From Candidatus Sulfotelmatobacter sp. (GTDB lineage: Bacteria; Acidobacteriota; Terriglobia; Terriglobales; Acidobacteriaceae), in contig DAIUEW010000020.1 of assembly GCA_036844925.1 (NCBI GenBank), forward strand, positions 4,716-68,715: a stretch of 64,000 nucleotides of DNA, written 5' to 3'. The notes under the pieces were generated by a model, which saw only the letters and a program-made list of their open reading frames with translations, was not told the origin of the DNA and ran no database searches. Each line of letters starts with the position of its first letter. Position 1 is the first letter of the stretch. Shown here one piece after another: positions 18,502 to 28,569 of the stretch. The translations under genes were made by a program, and so were the position numbers.

Positions 18502-21500
18502 CTAAAAGCTGAAGCGAATGCCGAGTTGGATCTGGCGCTTGGGGAAGGCCGATGTGAAAGACAGCGGAGTGCTCGGCGTATCCGTTCCGCCACCCGCAAC
18601 AGCAGTACCCGGGCGCAACCCCTTTACGTTAAAAGTCGTGAACCCGGGAGTAAGACCGAACAGTGGACTTACCTCGTTATTCACACTGGCGAAGTTCGTA
18701 CGGTTGGCGATGTTAAATCCTTCCGCCGTAATCTGTACGTTCATTTGCTCGCGCAGTTTGTGCTGCCAGGTCAAACGGGCGTCGAAGTCGTAATAATTGG
18801 GGCCAAGACCCGTGTCACGCGGCGCGCCGATGGGCCGTTCATTGGTGGTGTGATTGTCACCGTTCACCTCTCCTCCGGCGAGCAGATTGAAAGGATGTCC
18901 GCTATGGTAAGAGAAAATCGGAGACAGCTGGAAGCCTGACAGGACATTTTGTCTCCAGGGGCTGTCAATTACTCCGGCGATCACCACTTTGTGGCGCTCA
19001 TCAAATTCGGAAAGGCTGCGGTCCAGGTTGATATTGGTTGGATCCTGCGGCCCGTAGTCGCTGTTGAAATCCGTCGATGTATCGAAGGCTTTACTCCAGG
19101 TATAGTTTCCAAACAACGTGAAGTGATCGCTGAAGCGCTTCTTGACTTCCGCAATGAGGCCCTCGTAAACGGCGTATGCCTCAGAGCTGTAGGCGTTGTT
19201 CTGGACCACCAGCGGATTCACAAAGCAGTGAATGCTTGGATTATCACAGGGCAGGCCGCCGGGCTCGGTGCCTCCGAGCGGGTCGGCCCCCGCCGCCGTC
19301 GTATTCCAGTTACGGTAGGAAACAGTCTGGCCATTCGCGAGCGTTAACGTTGTGAATGGCGCCGGCAGCAGATTGGTATCGATGGCAACCGGTATTCTCT
19401 GGGTGTGCGAGTAGATGCCGCTGAGAGAAAATGACATCCCAGGTCCGATCTCACGCTCAATTCCAAACGAAGCCTGTTGCGCGATCGGAGGGCGATAGCC
19501 CGGCTGATTCACGAAAACCACTTGCAGCGGACCGACGGGACCACTATTCGTAACATCGATACCAAACGGGGCCACAGCAGCAGGCGTGATACAGGCAGCA
19601 CTGCCGGGAGCGGCTGTAGTGCACTGAATCAATCCTTTAGCAAAGAGCCCAGCGAAAACAGTGGGTGCGCCTGCTAGCCCTAAGGCTGGAACGCCACCGA
19701 TTGGATCTACATAAATAGAAATTTCTCGGTTGCACGGGCTGGAGCCGCTACCGGGGATAATCGGATGACCGAACTGCGAGAAACCGCAAGTCGCAGTCAA
19801 GTTCACCACCTGACTGGCTGCTGAGTTGTTCTCGACTGCAGACTTATTCTTGTTCACAACTCCCAGACTTAAGTCAACGTCGGGGATCTGCGCATCCACA
19901 GGACCGTAGAAAATTCCGTAACCGCCGCGGATGACCGTCTTGTGGTCTTTTGCTGGATCCCATGCGAAAGATATCCGGGGTGCAAAATCCTTCTTGTATG
20001 TGGTCAATGGCAAAAATTGCGTGTCCAGTTCGTAGCGAAGGCCGTAGTTTAGAGTGAAACTTGGCGTAACCATCCACGAGTCTTGTCCGTACACTGACGT
20101 CAGAGGGCGGGTGTAGTAGGGGTAGGTAGGATTGCCAAAGCCCTGCTGGAAGACCTCAGGAAGTCCGAAAGACGCCGATTGCAAAGAAGTCAAACTAGGA
20201 AGCAATGGGGTCAGCAGGTCTCCCGGGAGAGATCCAAAGACAAAGCGACCGGGGAAAAACGTGTGCGACTCTGTATGATTCCCGCGGAGCACCTCCGAAC
20301 CGCCGAATCTGAAGGTGTGATGTCCGCGGATAACGGTGACATTGTCTGCGAACTCGTATCGCCGCAGGATCGTGAGGTTGGGTAGGAAAATGTTAGTTCC
20401 CAGGTTATTGATGAACCCCGGGATCTGCAGTCCCACCTGCCCTGGCGCGTTGGGAATCACTCGAAAGCTGTTGTAATCCCATTGCACGCGGGCCTCATTC
20501 TCTGTGCTCGGACTGAACTGGTGATACCAGGCGCCTTGCAGATTATTGTCATAGTTATGAATCGAGCTGCCCGCCGAAAAGGCGGTCAGTGATTGCACGT
20601 CGGGAGATTCCTCCAAGTCATGTCCATACCTGTAGGTAAGAGAAAGCTGGTTGGCCGTATTGATGCGGTGATCCAGTCGGCCAGACGCCAGGTATTGGTG
20701 CGAGTCATAAGGAAAGACTCCGCCGTCGGTCTCGAATTGATTCACAAGAAAGGCGGCCACCGGGCTGGCGGCCGGATTCAGCGTTAGAGCCCCGCCCAGG
20801 ATAGCGCCGCATAGCGCCCCAGGCAGGTTCGTTGTTGGATTGGGCGCGGGCAAGTGTAGTTGCGCGGCAACAGCGGCACCTACGGGGCCGCTGAGGCAAG
20901 GCACAATCCCGCCCGCTGGCAGCCCCGCAATCACCGTGTTCTGGGACGTCGTGGGACGAAAAACATCCGTATTCGTCAGGATAGGAACTGCGTTCTGCGC
21001 ATTCTGGTGCAACCCCTCGAAAGCCACGAAAAGGAAAGTCTTATCTTTCTTAATGGGGAAGCCCACTGCGCCTCCGAATTGTTGGCGGCTCAAAGTGTCC
21101 TTGATGGGTGTACCTACAGAATCGGGGTTGGCGGGATTAAACGCCTGGCCCGGCGCCAAGGCCTGGCTGAAGGAAAACGGATTCTGAGCATCCAGAGCAT
21201 CATTGCGGAAAAAGCCGTAGATGGTGCCGTGCACGTTGTTGCTGGCGGACTTGGTCACAATATTGATGGAAGCGCCCGTGGCTGATCCCAGGTCGGCCGA
21301 ATAATTGCTGCGGTTGATTTGGAATTCCTGCACCGCGTCCTGACTCACCGTCAGGCGCACGCCACCAGCGTCGTCTCCGGTCTCACCGCCGTCCACGGTA
21401 ATGTTATTTCCTCTGCCATTGCTTCCGTAGAACGAAAGACCGCTTTGCGGTGTCTGTTTCACCCGAAAATCCTGGTCCCCGGCCAGCCTGGTGGAATCGG

Positions 21501-21987
21501 AAACGCCGGGTGCAAGCAAGGTAAAGGTAAGGTAATCGCGACGGTCAATTGGCAGGTCGGCGATGTAGTCCTGGCTTATTCTGTCGGCTTGGCTTCCTCG
21601 CTCGGTTTCCACCACCGGCGGCTCGCTCGTTACCTCGATTACCGTCGCCACTTGCGAAGGCTTCATGCGGAAGTCTGAAACCACTGTCTGCCCCACCGCG
21701 ACCGGGACGCTTTTGCGGACTTCGGTCGCAAAACCCGGCAGCGCCGCACTCACTTCATAGGTCGAAGGGGATAGTCCTGCAACCCGGTACTGGCCAGAGC
21801 CATCGGTCACGGCCGTGCGTTTCAGCCCAGTCTGCGTCTCAACCACATTGACGGTAACCTTGGGCAAAACCGCGCCCGCGGAGTCGGTTACGGTCCCGGT
21901 AATATCTCCCGACGAGCCGACGCCCTGCGCGCGGGCCAGACTGGTTGCTAACAGCAAGCACACAAAAACACTCGCCAGTGACTTCAT
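18502..21987 (-). CDS. TonB-dependent outer-membrane receptor with carboxypeptidase-regulatory-like domain
   Basis: Signal peptide MKSLASVFVCLLLATSLARAQG preceded by AAGGAG. GTVTDSAGAVLPKVTVNV...GSGQYRVAGL domain. Plug DRRDYLTFTLLAPGV. Barrel ends IRFSF. The ORF extends to 22023. Confidence 0.85.
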   Translation of the reverse strand: MKSLASVFVCLLLATSLARAQGVGSSGDITGTVTDSAGAVLPKVTVNVVETQTGLKRTAVTDGSGQYRVAGLSPSTYEVSAALPGFATEVRKSVPVAVGQTVVSDFRMKPSQVATVIEVTSEPPVVETERGSQADRISQDYIADLPIDRRDYLTFTLLAPGVSDSTRLAGDQDFRVKQTPQSGLSFYGSNGRGNNITVDGGETGDDAGGVRLTVSQDAVQEFQINRSNYSADLGSATGASINIVTKSASNNVHGTIYGFFRNDALDAQNPFSFSQALAPGQAFNPANPDSVGTPIKDTLSRQQFGGAVGFPIKKDKTFLFVAFEGLHQNAQNAVPILTNTDVFRPTTSQNTVIAGLPAGGIVPCLSGPVGAAVAAQLHLPAPNPTTNLPGALCGAILGGALTLNPAASPVAAFLVNQFETDGGVFPYDSHQYLASGRLDHRINTANQLSLTYRYGHDLEESPDVQSLTAFSAGSSIHNYDNNLQGAWYHQFSPSTENEARVQWDYNSFRVIPNAPGQVGLQIPGFINNLGTNIFLPNLTILRRYEFADNVTVIRGHHTFRFGGSEVLRGNHTESHTFFPGRFVFGSLPGDLLTPLLPSLTSLQSASFGLPEVFQQGFGNPTYPYYTRPLTSVYGQDSWMVTPSFTLNYGLRYELDTQFLPLTTYKKDFAPRISFAWDPAKDHKTVIRGGYGIFYGPVDAQIPDVDLSLGVVNKNKSAVENNSAASQVVNLTATCGFSQFGHPIIPGSGSSPCNREISIYVDPIGGVPALGLAGAPTVFAGLFAKGLIQCTTAAPGSAACITPAAVAPFGIDVTNSGPVGPLQVVFVNQPGYRPPIAQQASFGIEREIGPGMSFSLSGIYSHTQRIPVAIDTNLLPAPFTTLTLANGQTVSYRNWNTTAAGADPLGGTEPGGLPCDNPSIHCFVNPLVVQNNAYSSEAYAVYEGLIAEVKKRFSDHFTLFGNYTWSKAFDTSTDFNSDYGPQDPTNINLDRSLSEFDERHKVVIAGVIDSPWRQNVLSGFQLSPIFSYHSGHPFNLLAGGEVNGDNHTTNERPIGAPRDTGLGPNYYDFDARLTWQHKLREQMNVQITAEGFNIANRTNFASVNNEVSPLFGLTPGFTTFNVKGLRPGTAVAGGGTDTPSTPLSFTSAFPKRQIQLGIRFSF

Positions 21988-22313
21988 ACGATTCTCCTTA
22001 CGGATGTCTGAAGACTTCGCCAATTGCAGTGCGAGTCAGTTCCGAAGCCCGCTAAGTACTCACCCCAAGAGCCGTCAATGCTGATCTGTCGCCCGTTTCC
22101 TTCAGGATCAAGAATTCAAATGACGTCCAGCAAAACCACAGATTGTGAGAGTGAGTATCACATAAGAGTAACTAACGTCAAGAACGAAAATGTCAATTAT
22201 CCAACTGAGCCAAAGGGGAACCTAGGTTTTTGCGCGGCCGTCGCCCATCGGGACACTGCGAGAAGAAAAACTTAGTATCGAGTAGATTTGGATCCCGATT
22301 GCGGCGCGGCCGC

Positions 22314-23348
22314 TCAGGAGGGGGTCAGGACGATCCGGCCTGAGACTTGGCCCTTACGCAACTGATCGAGCACCTCGTTGGCTTGGGCGAGCGGGCGAGC
22401 AACAACCTGGCAGCGGACCTTCCCGGCAGCAGCCATATTGAGTACTTCCCGCAAGTCTTGCCGGGTGCCAACGGTAGATGCGCGGATCCGAATTTCACCT
22501 GCAGCCATAAGAATCGGCGGGAAGCAGATGTTCTCGGCGGGCAAGCCCACGACGAGAAGAGTGCCTGTAGGCCGCAGGCAGGAAAACGCCGCGTCGTAAG
22601 CCGCCTTTGCGGCAGAAGTTACGATCGCCACATGGACCCTACCTGTGCGGCGCAATGCTTTGACTGCATCAGTCGTAGCAGCATTGAGAGTGCTGGCTGC
22701 GCCAAAAGATCTGGCCAGTTCAAGCTTTTCGTCGGAGACGTCGATCGCGGTCACGTCGGCGCCCAAAGCCCGTCCGAGCTGCACGGCGAGGTGTCCGAGG
22801 CCGCCAATCCCGAAAACCGCAAGTCGTTGTCCCGCGAGTCGTTGTCCAGGGAGAATTCCGGCGCCTTTCAGCGCCCGATAGACCGTGAGTCCGGCACAAA
22901 AAAGCGGGGCTGCTTCAAGGGCAGAAAGACCATTGGGAATTTTCAGCGCGTGAGTTGCTGGCGCCTTTACAAATTCCGCATAGCCGCCGTCGACGGTGAC
23001 TCCTGTGATTTTTTGCCGGCTGCACAGGTTTTCGTTTTCTTCGCGGCAGAATTCGCACTCACCGCAGCTCCAGTGAATCCATGGCACGCCGACGCGGTCG
23101 CCGATTTGTAAATCGTCTACCGCTCCGCCTTTTTCCACGACATGACCGGCAATCTCGTGGCCGAGAATGAGCGGTCTCTTTACGATCCCCGCGAGCTGTT
23201 TCCAATCCCCATCAGCCACGTGCACATCGGAGTGGCAAGCACCACAGGCTTCTACCTGGATCAAAACTTCATCCGCTGCGGGACGAGGCCGTTCGACGTC
23301 CTCGATCGATAGTGGCTTCTTGAAATCGTGCAGGATCGCGGCTTTCAT
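22314..23348 (-). CDS. Zinc-dependent alcohol dehydrogenase
   Basis: 344 aa. GACHSDVH, ILGHEIAGHV, CGECEFC structural Zn site, Rossmann FGIGGLGH. Contains a 15-bp duplication (GQRLA x2) at 22818-22847. Confidence 0.9.
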   Translation of the reverse strand: MKAAILHDFKKPLSIEDVERPRPAADEVLIQVEACGACHSDVHVADGDWKQLAGIVKRPLILGHEIAGHVVEKGGAVDDLQIGDRVGVPWIHWSCGECEFCREENENLCSRQKITGVTVDGGYAEFVKAPATHALKIPNGLSALEAAPLFCAGLTVYRALKGAGILPGQRLAGQRLAVFGIGGLGHLAVQLGRALGADVTAIDVSDEKLELARSFGAASTLNAATTDAVKALRRTGRVHVAIVTSAAKAAYDAAFSCLRPTGTLLVVGLPAENICFPPILMAAGEIRIRASTVGTRQDLREVLNMAAAGKVRCQVVARPLAQANEVLDQLRKGQVSGRIVLTPS

Positions 23349-23422
23349 TCATGTGCACTTGCATTTGCACTTGCATTTGCGCCCTCGAAAATCAAGGGAG
23401 GGGAGATTCGCCGGGAAGGCAA

Positions 23423-24106
23423 TCACGGCTTCACACCGCGCAGGAAAAACTCGATGGCGCTGTCCACACGCTCGGTCAATTTATGAGGTCCGGTGAGGTC
23501 GACGGTCCATTGGCGAACCACGGTGTGGTAGAGGGCTTCCATGAATTCGGCGAGGTGCACGAGAGGGAACGCATTCGTGATTTCACCCCGCTTCTGGCCC
23601 TGTGCCAGGATTTCCTGGAGCAAGCTGACGGCAACTCCCTCGACTGCGCGCACTTCCGGAGAGCGCACCGGATCCATCGCTCCGGAGAGCACGACCGCTT
23701 TCCATAACGGCCGGTCGGCTTCCACTTCGAGTGCCAGCGCGTGATAAAGCCGCTGCAAGCGCTCGGCGGTGTCCGCTTTGGTGGAGAGTTCAGATTTGAG
23801 GTGCTCCGCGATGCATTCGAAGCCGAGCTTGCCCACGTCGCGCAGAACTGCGTCCTTGCTGGGGAAATAGCGGAAGAAAGTTGGCTGGCTGATTTCTAGA
23901 ATTTTGACGATGTCGTCGACACGGGTTCTCTCATAGCCCTGTTTACGGAACAGTCGGATGGCCGTGTCGATGATTTGCTGACGGAGTCGCGCCTTCTTGC
24001 GTTCGCGAAGCCCAGGGAACTCCTGAATCTGCACCGGCGCATTGCGCTTCATCAATTTCCGGCGCTTCCGACCTCTTTGCGGTACGGCGACTTCCATACG
24101 AGCCAT
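23423..24106 (-). CDS. TetR/AcrR-family transcriptional regulator
   Basis: HTH TRVDDIVKILEISQPTFFRYFPSKDAVL. Start placed at MARMEV (24106); the ORF extends to 24220. Confidence 0.85.
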   Translation of the reverse strand: MARMEVAVPQRGRKRRKLMKRNAPVQIQEFPGLRERKKARLRQQIIDTAIRLFRKQGYERTRVDDIVKILEISQPTFFRYFPSKDAVLRDVGKLGFECIAEHLKSELSTKADTAERLQRLYHALALEVEADRPLWKAVVLSGAMDPVRSPEVRAVEGVAVSLLQEILAQGQKRGEITNAFPLVHLAEFMEALYHTVVRQWTVDLTGPHKLTERVDSAIEFFLRGVKP

Positions 24107-24252
24107 AGTCCTGTTTTTTCTCCTGAATTGGCTTGCAGGATGTGCGTAGCGGTCAGGTGCTTCAGGGGCACCGTGATCGATTGTAGCAACTCGAGAGCGT
24201 CGACGGACGCTTCTCCACATCGCGGTAAAGGGTCACTCCGACGCGACTTGTG

Positions 24253-24283
24253 TTGACGTTAGCTACTAATATCTGATATAGAC
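24253..24283 (+). promoter_or_regulatory. Candidate promoter/operator upstream of the long acyl-CoA dehydrogenase
   Basis: TTGACGTTAGCTACTAATATCTGATATAGAC. A -35-like TTGACG, GATATA 16 nt downstream, and the palindrome ATATC-T-GATAT (24269-24279). The same ~30-nt architecture recurs at 22181-22151(-) and 4435-4406(-). Confidence 0.35.
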
Positions 24284-24428
24284 TAACACAATTTGCGTCG
24301 CGATTCTTGTGTAAGGAAGAAAAACTGAATCGGCTGGTGTGCAGGGGCTGATTTTCGACTATTCGCACGTCGGGATGACGCTCGCAGATTGGCCCGCGCC
24401 ACCTCGCAATATTCGCAGCCCGGAGAAG

Positions 24429-26204
24429 ATGATGACAACTGCAACGGTAACTCCTCTTCAAATCAAAGGTGGTGCATTCCTAATCGAAGATCGTGCGCCC
24501 CACGAAATTTTTACGGCCGAAGATCTGAATGAAGAGCACCTTGCGATTGCGCGTACGGTGGACGACTTCTGGGCGAATGATGTGGAGCCTCATCTCGAGG
24601 CGATCCGTCAGCAGAAGCCGGGGGTTGCTCTGGAGGTGCTACGCAAATCAGCTGAACTCGGGCTGGCTGCGATACCCATTCCCGAGAGATTCGGCGGGAT
24701 GGAAATGGACCTGCCGTCTGTAATGATAGCAGGCGAGCATCTGGCAAAGGATACCTCTTACGCGTCTTGGCACTCGGGCCATACCGGGATCGGCACGCTG
24801 CCGGTTCTTTTCTTTGGCAACGAAGAACAGAAGCGAAAATATCTTCCCAGACTGGCGAAAGTTGAGCTGCTGGCCGCGTACGCACTGACCGAACCGCTGG
24901 CCGGCTCAGATGCTCTTGCTGTGCGCACGCGTGCGGACCTCACTCCGGATGGCAAATTTTACGTGCTGAACGGACAGAAGATGTGGATCACCAACGGCGG
25001 TGCGGCCGACCTGTTCACGGTGTTCGCAAAAGTAGGAGGCGAGAAGTTCACGGCGTTCCTGGTGGAGCGGAGCTTTCCTGGCGTAACCAGCGGGGCTGAA
25101 GAACACAAGATGGGGATCAAGGGCAGCTCGACTACGGCCGTGTTCCTGGACAATGTGCGGGTTCCCGTGGAAAACGTGCTCGGCGAAATTGGCCGGGGGC
25201 ACATCATTGCGTTCAACATCCTGAATATCGGTCGCCTGAAACTTGGTCCCGGAGCTGTGGGTGGAGCGAAGAATGTGCTTGCGATCTGCCTGAAATATGC
25301 CAAAGAGCGCAAAGCATTTGGTTCGGCTATCGCGGAGTTCGGCGCGATCCGGCACAAGCTGGCCGAGATGGCCATTCGCACCTACGCGGTGGAATCGATG
25401 GTGTGGCGCGTGGTGGGACTCATCGAGAGCCAACTGGCGCAATCCGCTCATGAGCAGCACGCTGATTCTCAGAGCGAACTCAAAGCTGTCGAGGAGTACG
25501 CCGCAGAATGCTCGATGATCAAGGTCTATGCCTCGGAGATGCTGGATTACGTTGTCGATGAAGGCGTACAGATTCACGGCGGCTACGGCTACCATCAGGA
25601 TTACGCGGTGGAACGGGCTTACCGTGACTCACGAATCAATCGCATCTTTGAAGGTACCAATGAAATCAACCGTCTTTTGATAACAGGAATGCTGCTCAAA
25701 CGTGCCGCCCGTGGGCAATTGGCGCTTATCCCCGCAGTGCAGGCCGTAGTTAAAGGGATTGGCAGAGTGGCATCCGAATCTCTGAGCACGGATGAAGAGT
25801 CCCGGCTTGTGCACAACGCGAAAAATATCGCGCTGTTCACGATCGGGATTGCTTATCAAAAATATGGAACTGAGTTGGAAAAACAGCAAGAGATTCTGAT
25901 GAACATCTCCGACATCGTCATGGAGGTTTTCGCCGTGGAGTCGAGCCTGCTTCGGAGTCGCAAGCTCGCGGCATCGGGTAAAGGAACGAATGCGGCCGAC
26001 ATGTGCGCCGTGTTTCTGCGCGAAGCCATGGATCGAATCGAAATCTCGTCTCGAAATGTGATCGGCGCGTGTTCTAATGGCAATGCCTTACGGGAGAATA
26101 TGGCTGCGCTCCGGGGCTTTGCCAACTACGATCCAATCGATGCGATCGCACTTCGGCGGAACATTGCCAGCCGTCTTTTACGCGCAGGGAGTTACACGAT
26201 CTGA
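24429..26204 (+). CDS. Long (about 590-aa) acyl-CoA dehydrogenase family protein
   Basis: ACAD N/M/C domains (ALTEPLAGSDA, WITNGG, GGYGY) plus a C-terminal helical extension. Start placed at MMTTATV (24429); the ORF extends to 24339. Confidence 0.85.
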   Translation: MMTTATVTPLQIKGGAFLIEDRAPHEIFTAEDLNEEHLAIARTVDDFWANDVEPHLEAIRQQKPGVALEVLRKSAELGLAAIPIPERFGGMEMDLPSVMIAGEHLAKDTSYASWHSGHTGIGTLPVLFFGNEEQKRKYLPRLAKVELLAAYALTEPLAGSDALAVRTRADLTPDGKFYVLNGQKMWITNGGAADLFTVFAKVGGEKFTAFLVERSFPGVTSGAEEHKMGIKGSSTTAVFLDNVRVPVENVLGEIGRGHIIAFNILNIGRLKLGPGAVGGAKNVLAICLKYAKERKAFGSAIAEFGAIRHKLAEMAIRTYAVESMVWRVVGLIESQLAQSAHEQHADSQSELKAVEEYAAECSMIKVYASEMLDYVVDEGVQIHGGYGYHQDYAVERAYRDSRINRIFEGTNEINRLLITGMLLKRAARGQLALIPAVQAVVKGIGRVASESLSTDEESRLVHNAKNIALFTIGIAYQKYGTELEKQQEILMNISDIVMEVFAVESSLLRSRKLAASGKGTNAADMCAVFLREAMDRIEISSRNVIGACSNGNALRENMAALRGFANYDPIDAIALRRNIASRLLRAGSYTI

Positions 26205-26275
26205 CAGTGCAGGTCGGTGTGTGTGCGTTAATGTGTGAATCACCACCGAAAGGCAACCATAGAGCCGAGATCGGA

Positions 26276-27301
26276 ATGACTGCTTCGAATCGCGTAAACC
26301 GCCAGTGGCGGCTTAAATCGCGGCCCTTCGGCCTGATCAAACCTGACAACTTCGAGTTCGTGTCCGAACCCATGCCAGAGCCAGGGGATGGTCAGTTCCT
26401 GATTCGCAACGTGCATCTCTCGCTCGATCCAGCGATGCGGGGGTGGATGGTGGACCGTCCGTCGTACGTTCCGTGTGTGAAGATTGGCGAAGTCATGCGC
26501 GGATTAGCTGTTGGAACAGTGGAGAAATCGAATCATCCAAAATTTGCCGCCGGCGACAGAGTGCAGGGGATGTTCGGATGGCAGGAGTATCTGCTCTCGA
26601 GTGGCGAAGGTGTGACGAAGTTGCCGGAAAGTGGACTTCCGTTTAACGCATACCTTGGGCTGTTTGGATTAGCGGGGTTAACCGCGTACGCTGGACTCTT
26701 GGAAGTGGGACAGCCCAAGAGCGGCGAAACCCTACTCATCTCGGGCGCCGCGGGCTCGGTTGGCTCGCTCGTCGGCCAGATGGGCAAGATCAAGGGACTT
26801 CGCGTAGTCGGCATCGCTGGAACTGACGAGAAGTGCAATTGGCTGGTGAAGGAGCTCGGCTTCGACACGGCCGCGAACTACAAAGAGGCCGACTACAAGA
26901 AACAGTTGCAGGATTCGTCTCCGAATGGAGTGGATATTTATTTCGAAAATGTCGGCGGAGAAATTCTGGAAACTGCCCTCTATCTGATGAATACTTTCGG
27001 ACGTGTCGTGGTTTGCGGGATGATCTCGATGTACAACGCGACGACACCCGTCCGAGGGCCGTCCAACCTGGCATTGGTGATCAGCAAGCGGCTAAAGATC
27101 CAGGGCTTTCTCGCGCTTGATTATTATTCGAAAGTGAATGAGATGGTTAGCAACTTTACCCAGTGGTATAACTCAGGCCAGCTCAAGTATCGAGTGGATA
27201 TCGTCCAGGGCCTTGAGACTGCGCCGGTGGCCATCAACAAATTGTTTGACGGTTCGAATAATGGCAAACTAATCGTGCAAGTATCGGATCCTCCCGAGTA
27301 A
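26276..27301 (+). CDS. NADP-dependent MDR oxidoreductase (alkenal/enone reductase, PTGR1/YncB/CurA-like)
   Basis: NRQWRLKSRP N-terminus, ISGAAGSVGSLVGQMGK cofactor motif, C-terminal NNGKLIVQV. The ORF extends to 26207. Confidence 0.85.
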   Translation: MTASNRVNRQWRLKSRPFGLIKPDNFEFVSEPMPEPGDGQFLIRNVHLSLDPAMRGWMVDRPSYVPCVKIGEVMRGLAVGTVEKSNHPKFAAGDRVQGMFGWQEYLLSSGEGVTKLPESGLPFNAYLGLFGLAGLTAYAGLLEVGQPKSGETLLISGAAGSVGSLVGQMGKIKGLRVVGIAGTDEKCNWLVKELGFDTAANYKEADYKKQLQDSSPNGVDIYFENVGGEILETALYLMNTFGRVVVCGMISMYNATTPVRGPSNLALVISKRLKIQGFLALDYYSKVNEMVSNFTQWYNSGQLKYRVDIVQGLETAPVAINKLFDGSNNGKLIVQVSDPPE

Positions 27302-27420
27302 CGTTGTTCCCTTTTGCTTGATCTCTGAAGTAGCTGCATGCCGTACAACTCCTGGCCGGGCAACTTGGGCCGGGCTGCATGCGTAAAGGCTGCGGGAACC
27401 CTGGTGCTTGGGGTTTGTTA

Positions 27421-27495
27421 TCTCAGCGGCTAAAGCCGATTTCAGAACGAAGCACTTATCGCAGCGGTGAACCGCTGCGCCACCCAAAAAGCAAA
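27421..27495 (+). repeat. REP-like element, family A subtype 2
   Basis: tctcagcggctaaagccg...cgcagcgg-tgaa-ccgctgcg-ccacccaaaaagc. Same organisation as 63318-63412 and 28460-28535. Confidence 0.8.
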
Positions 27496-27563
27496 CGCAA
27501 ACCGAGTTTTCCCGCAAGGCGTAAACGCTACAATCGTTTTTTCTGCGACAATCTCCTGAAGCC

Positions 27564-28400
27564 ATGCCGAGCTCGCAAGCCGCATCGATACCTGACTTTC
27601 TTTATGGCACTGCCTGGAAGGAGGAGCGGACGCCTGCGCTCGTGGAATTGGCGCTGCGCACGGAATTTCGGGGAATCGACACAGCTAACCAGCGGCGGCA
27701 TTACTTCGAAGCCGGCGTGGGGCAGGGGCTTGCAGCTGCCTATCGTGCTGGGGTGGTGAGGCGCGCCGATCTTTTTCTGCAGACAAAATTTACCTACCGG
27801 CCGGGGCAGGACCATCGGCTGCCCTACGATCCCACGGCGAAGCTCGCAGTGCAAGTGGCGCAGTCGATGGCGAGTTCACTGGAACATCTTGGGACGGATT
27901 ACGTCGACAGCTATGTGCTGCATGGTCCCGCATCAAACTACGGTTGGAGCGATACCGACGCCGAGGTTTGGGGGGCAATGACGAAGGAGCGCGACGCCGG
28001 GCGCACGCGTCAGCTGGGAGTTAGCAATGTTTCGATGCAACATCTGGAGCAGATGACGGCTGTCTCCGCTGAAGTTCCTGCGTTTGTGCAAAACCGCTGC
28101 TATGCACGGATGGGATGGGATCGCGAGGTGCGATCATTTTGCAAACGGCGCGAGATCACTTACCAGGGATTTTCGCTGCTCACGGCGAATATGGACGTGC
28201 TGCATGATTCCTTAGTTGGCGGGTTGGCGTCGCAGGCGAACATCACTCCGGCGCAGGTTGTGTTCGCCTTCGCGCGCAGGGTTGGGATGCTGCCACTGAC
28301 GGGTACCTCCAACGCTGAGCATATGAGGCAGGATTTGGCCAGTACTCATGTTGAGCTTTCAGCGGAGGTGGCGCGTGCTATTGAGGCTGTAGCCGGCTGA
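27564..28400 (+). CDS. Aldo/keto reductase
   Basis: 278 aa. FLYGTAWKEERT, IDTANQ, DSYVLHGP, LLTAN... typical AKR layout. Confidence 0.85.
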   Translation: MPSSQAASIPDFLYGTAWKEERTPALVELALRTEFRGIDTANQRRHYFEAGVGQGLAAAYRAGVVRRADLFLQTKFTYRPGQDHRLPYDPTAKLAVQVAQSMASSLEHLGTDYVDSYVLHGPASNYGWSDTDAEVWGAMTKERDAGRTRQLGVSNVSMQHLEQMTAVSAEVPAFVQNRCYARMGWDREVRSFCKRREITYQGFSLLTANMDVLHDSLVGGLASQANITPAQVVFAFARRVGMLPLTGTSNAEHMRQDLASTHVELSAEVARAIEAVAG

Positions 28401-28459
28401 CTTGATTTTCGCGCAACATATAATTGTGGACTGCAAGGACTTCACGAGTTGAAAGGTTT

Positions 28460-28535
28460 CCTCAGCGGCTAAATCCGAGGATGGAACAGCGTGTTGCCGC
28501 TGCGCTTAGAAATGCTGCCCACCCGGGACCGATTT
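28460..28535 (+). repeat. REP-like element, family A subtype 2 (diverged)
   Basis: cctcagcggctaaatccgagg...cagcgtgttgccgctgcgcttagaaatgctgcccaccc. Confidence 0.7.
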
Positions 28536-28569
28536 ACAACATCAATTCTTACTAGGAAGCCTGAAGGCG

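Noticed and set aside
22024-22275. 83-aa plus-strand ORF in the TonB receptor 2 leader
   Set aside because: It has no RBS and low-complexity, non-conserved-looking sequence. It lies opposite to the direction of all neighbouring genes in a likely 5' UTR/promoter region.
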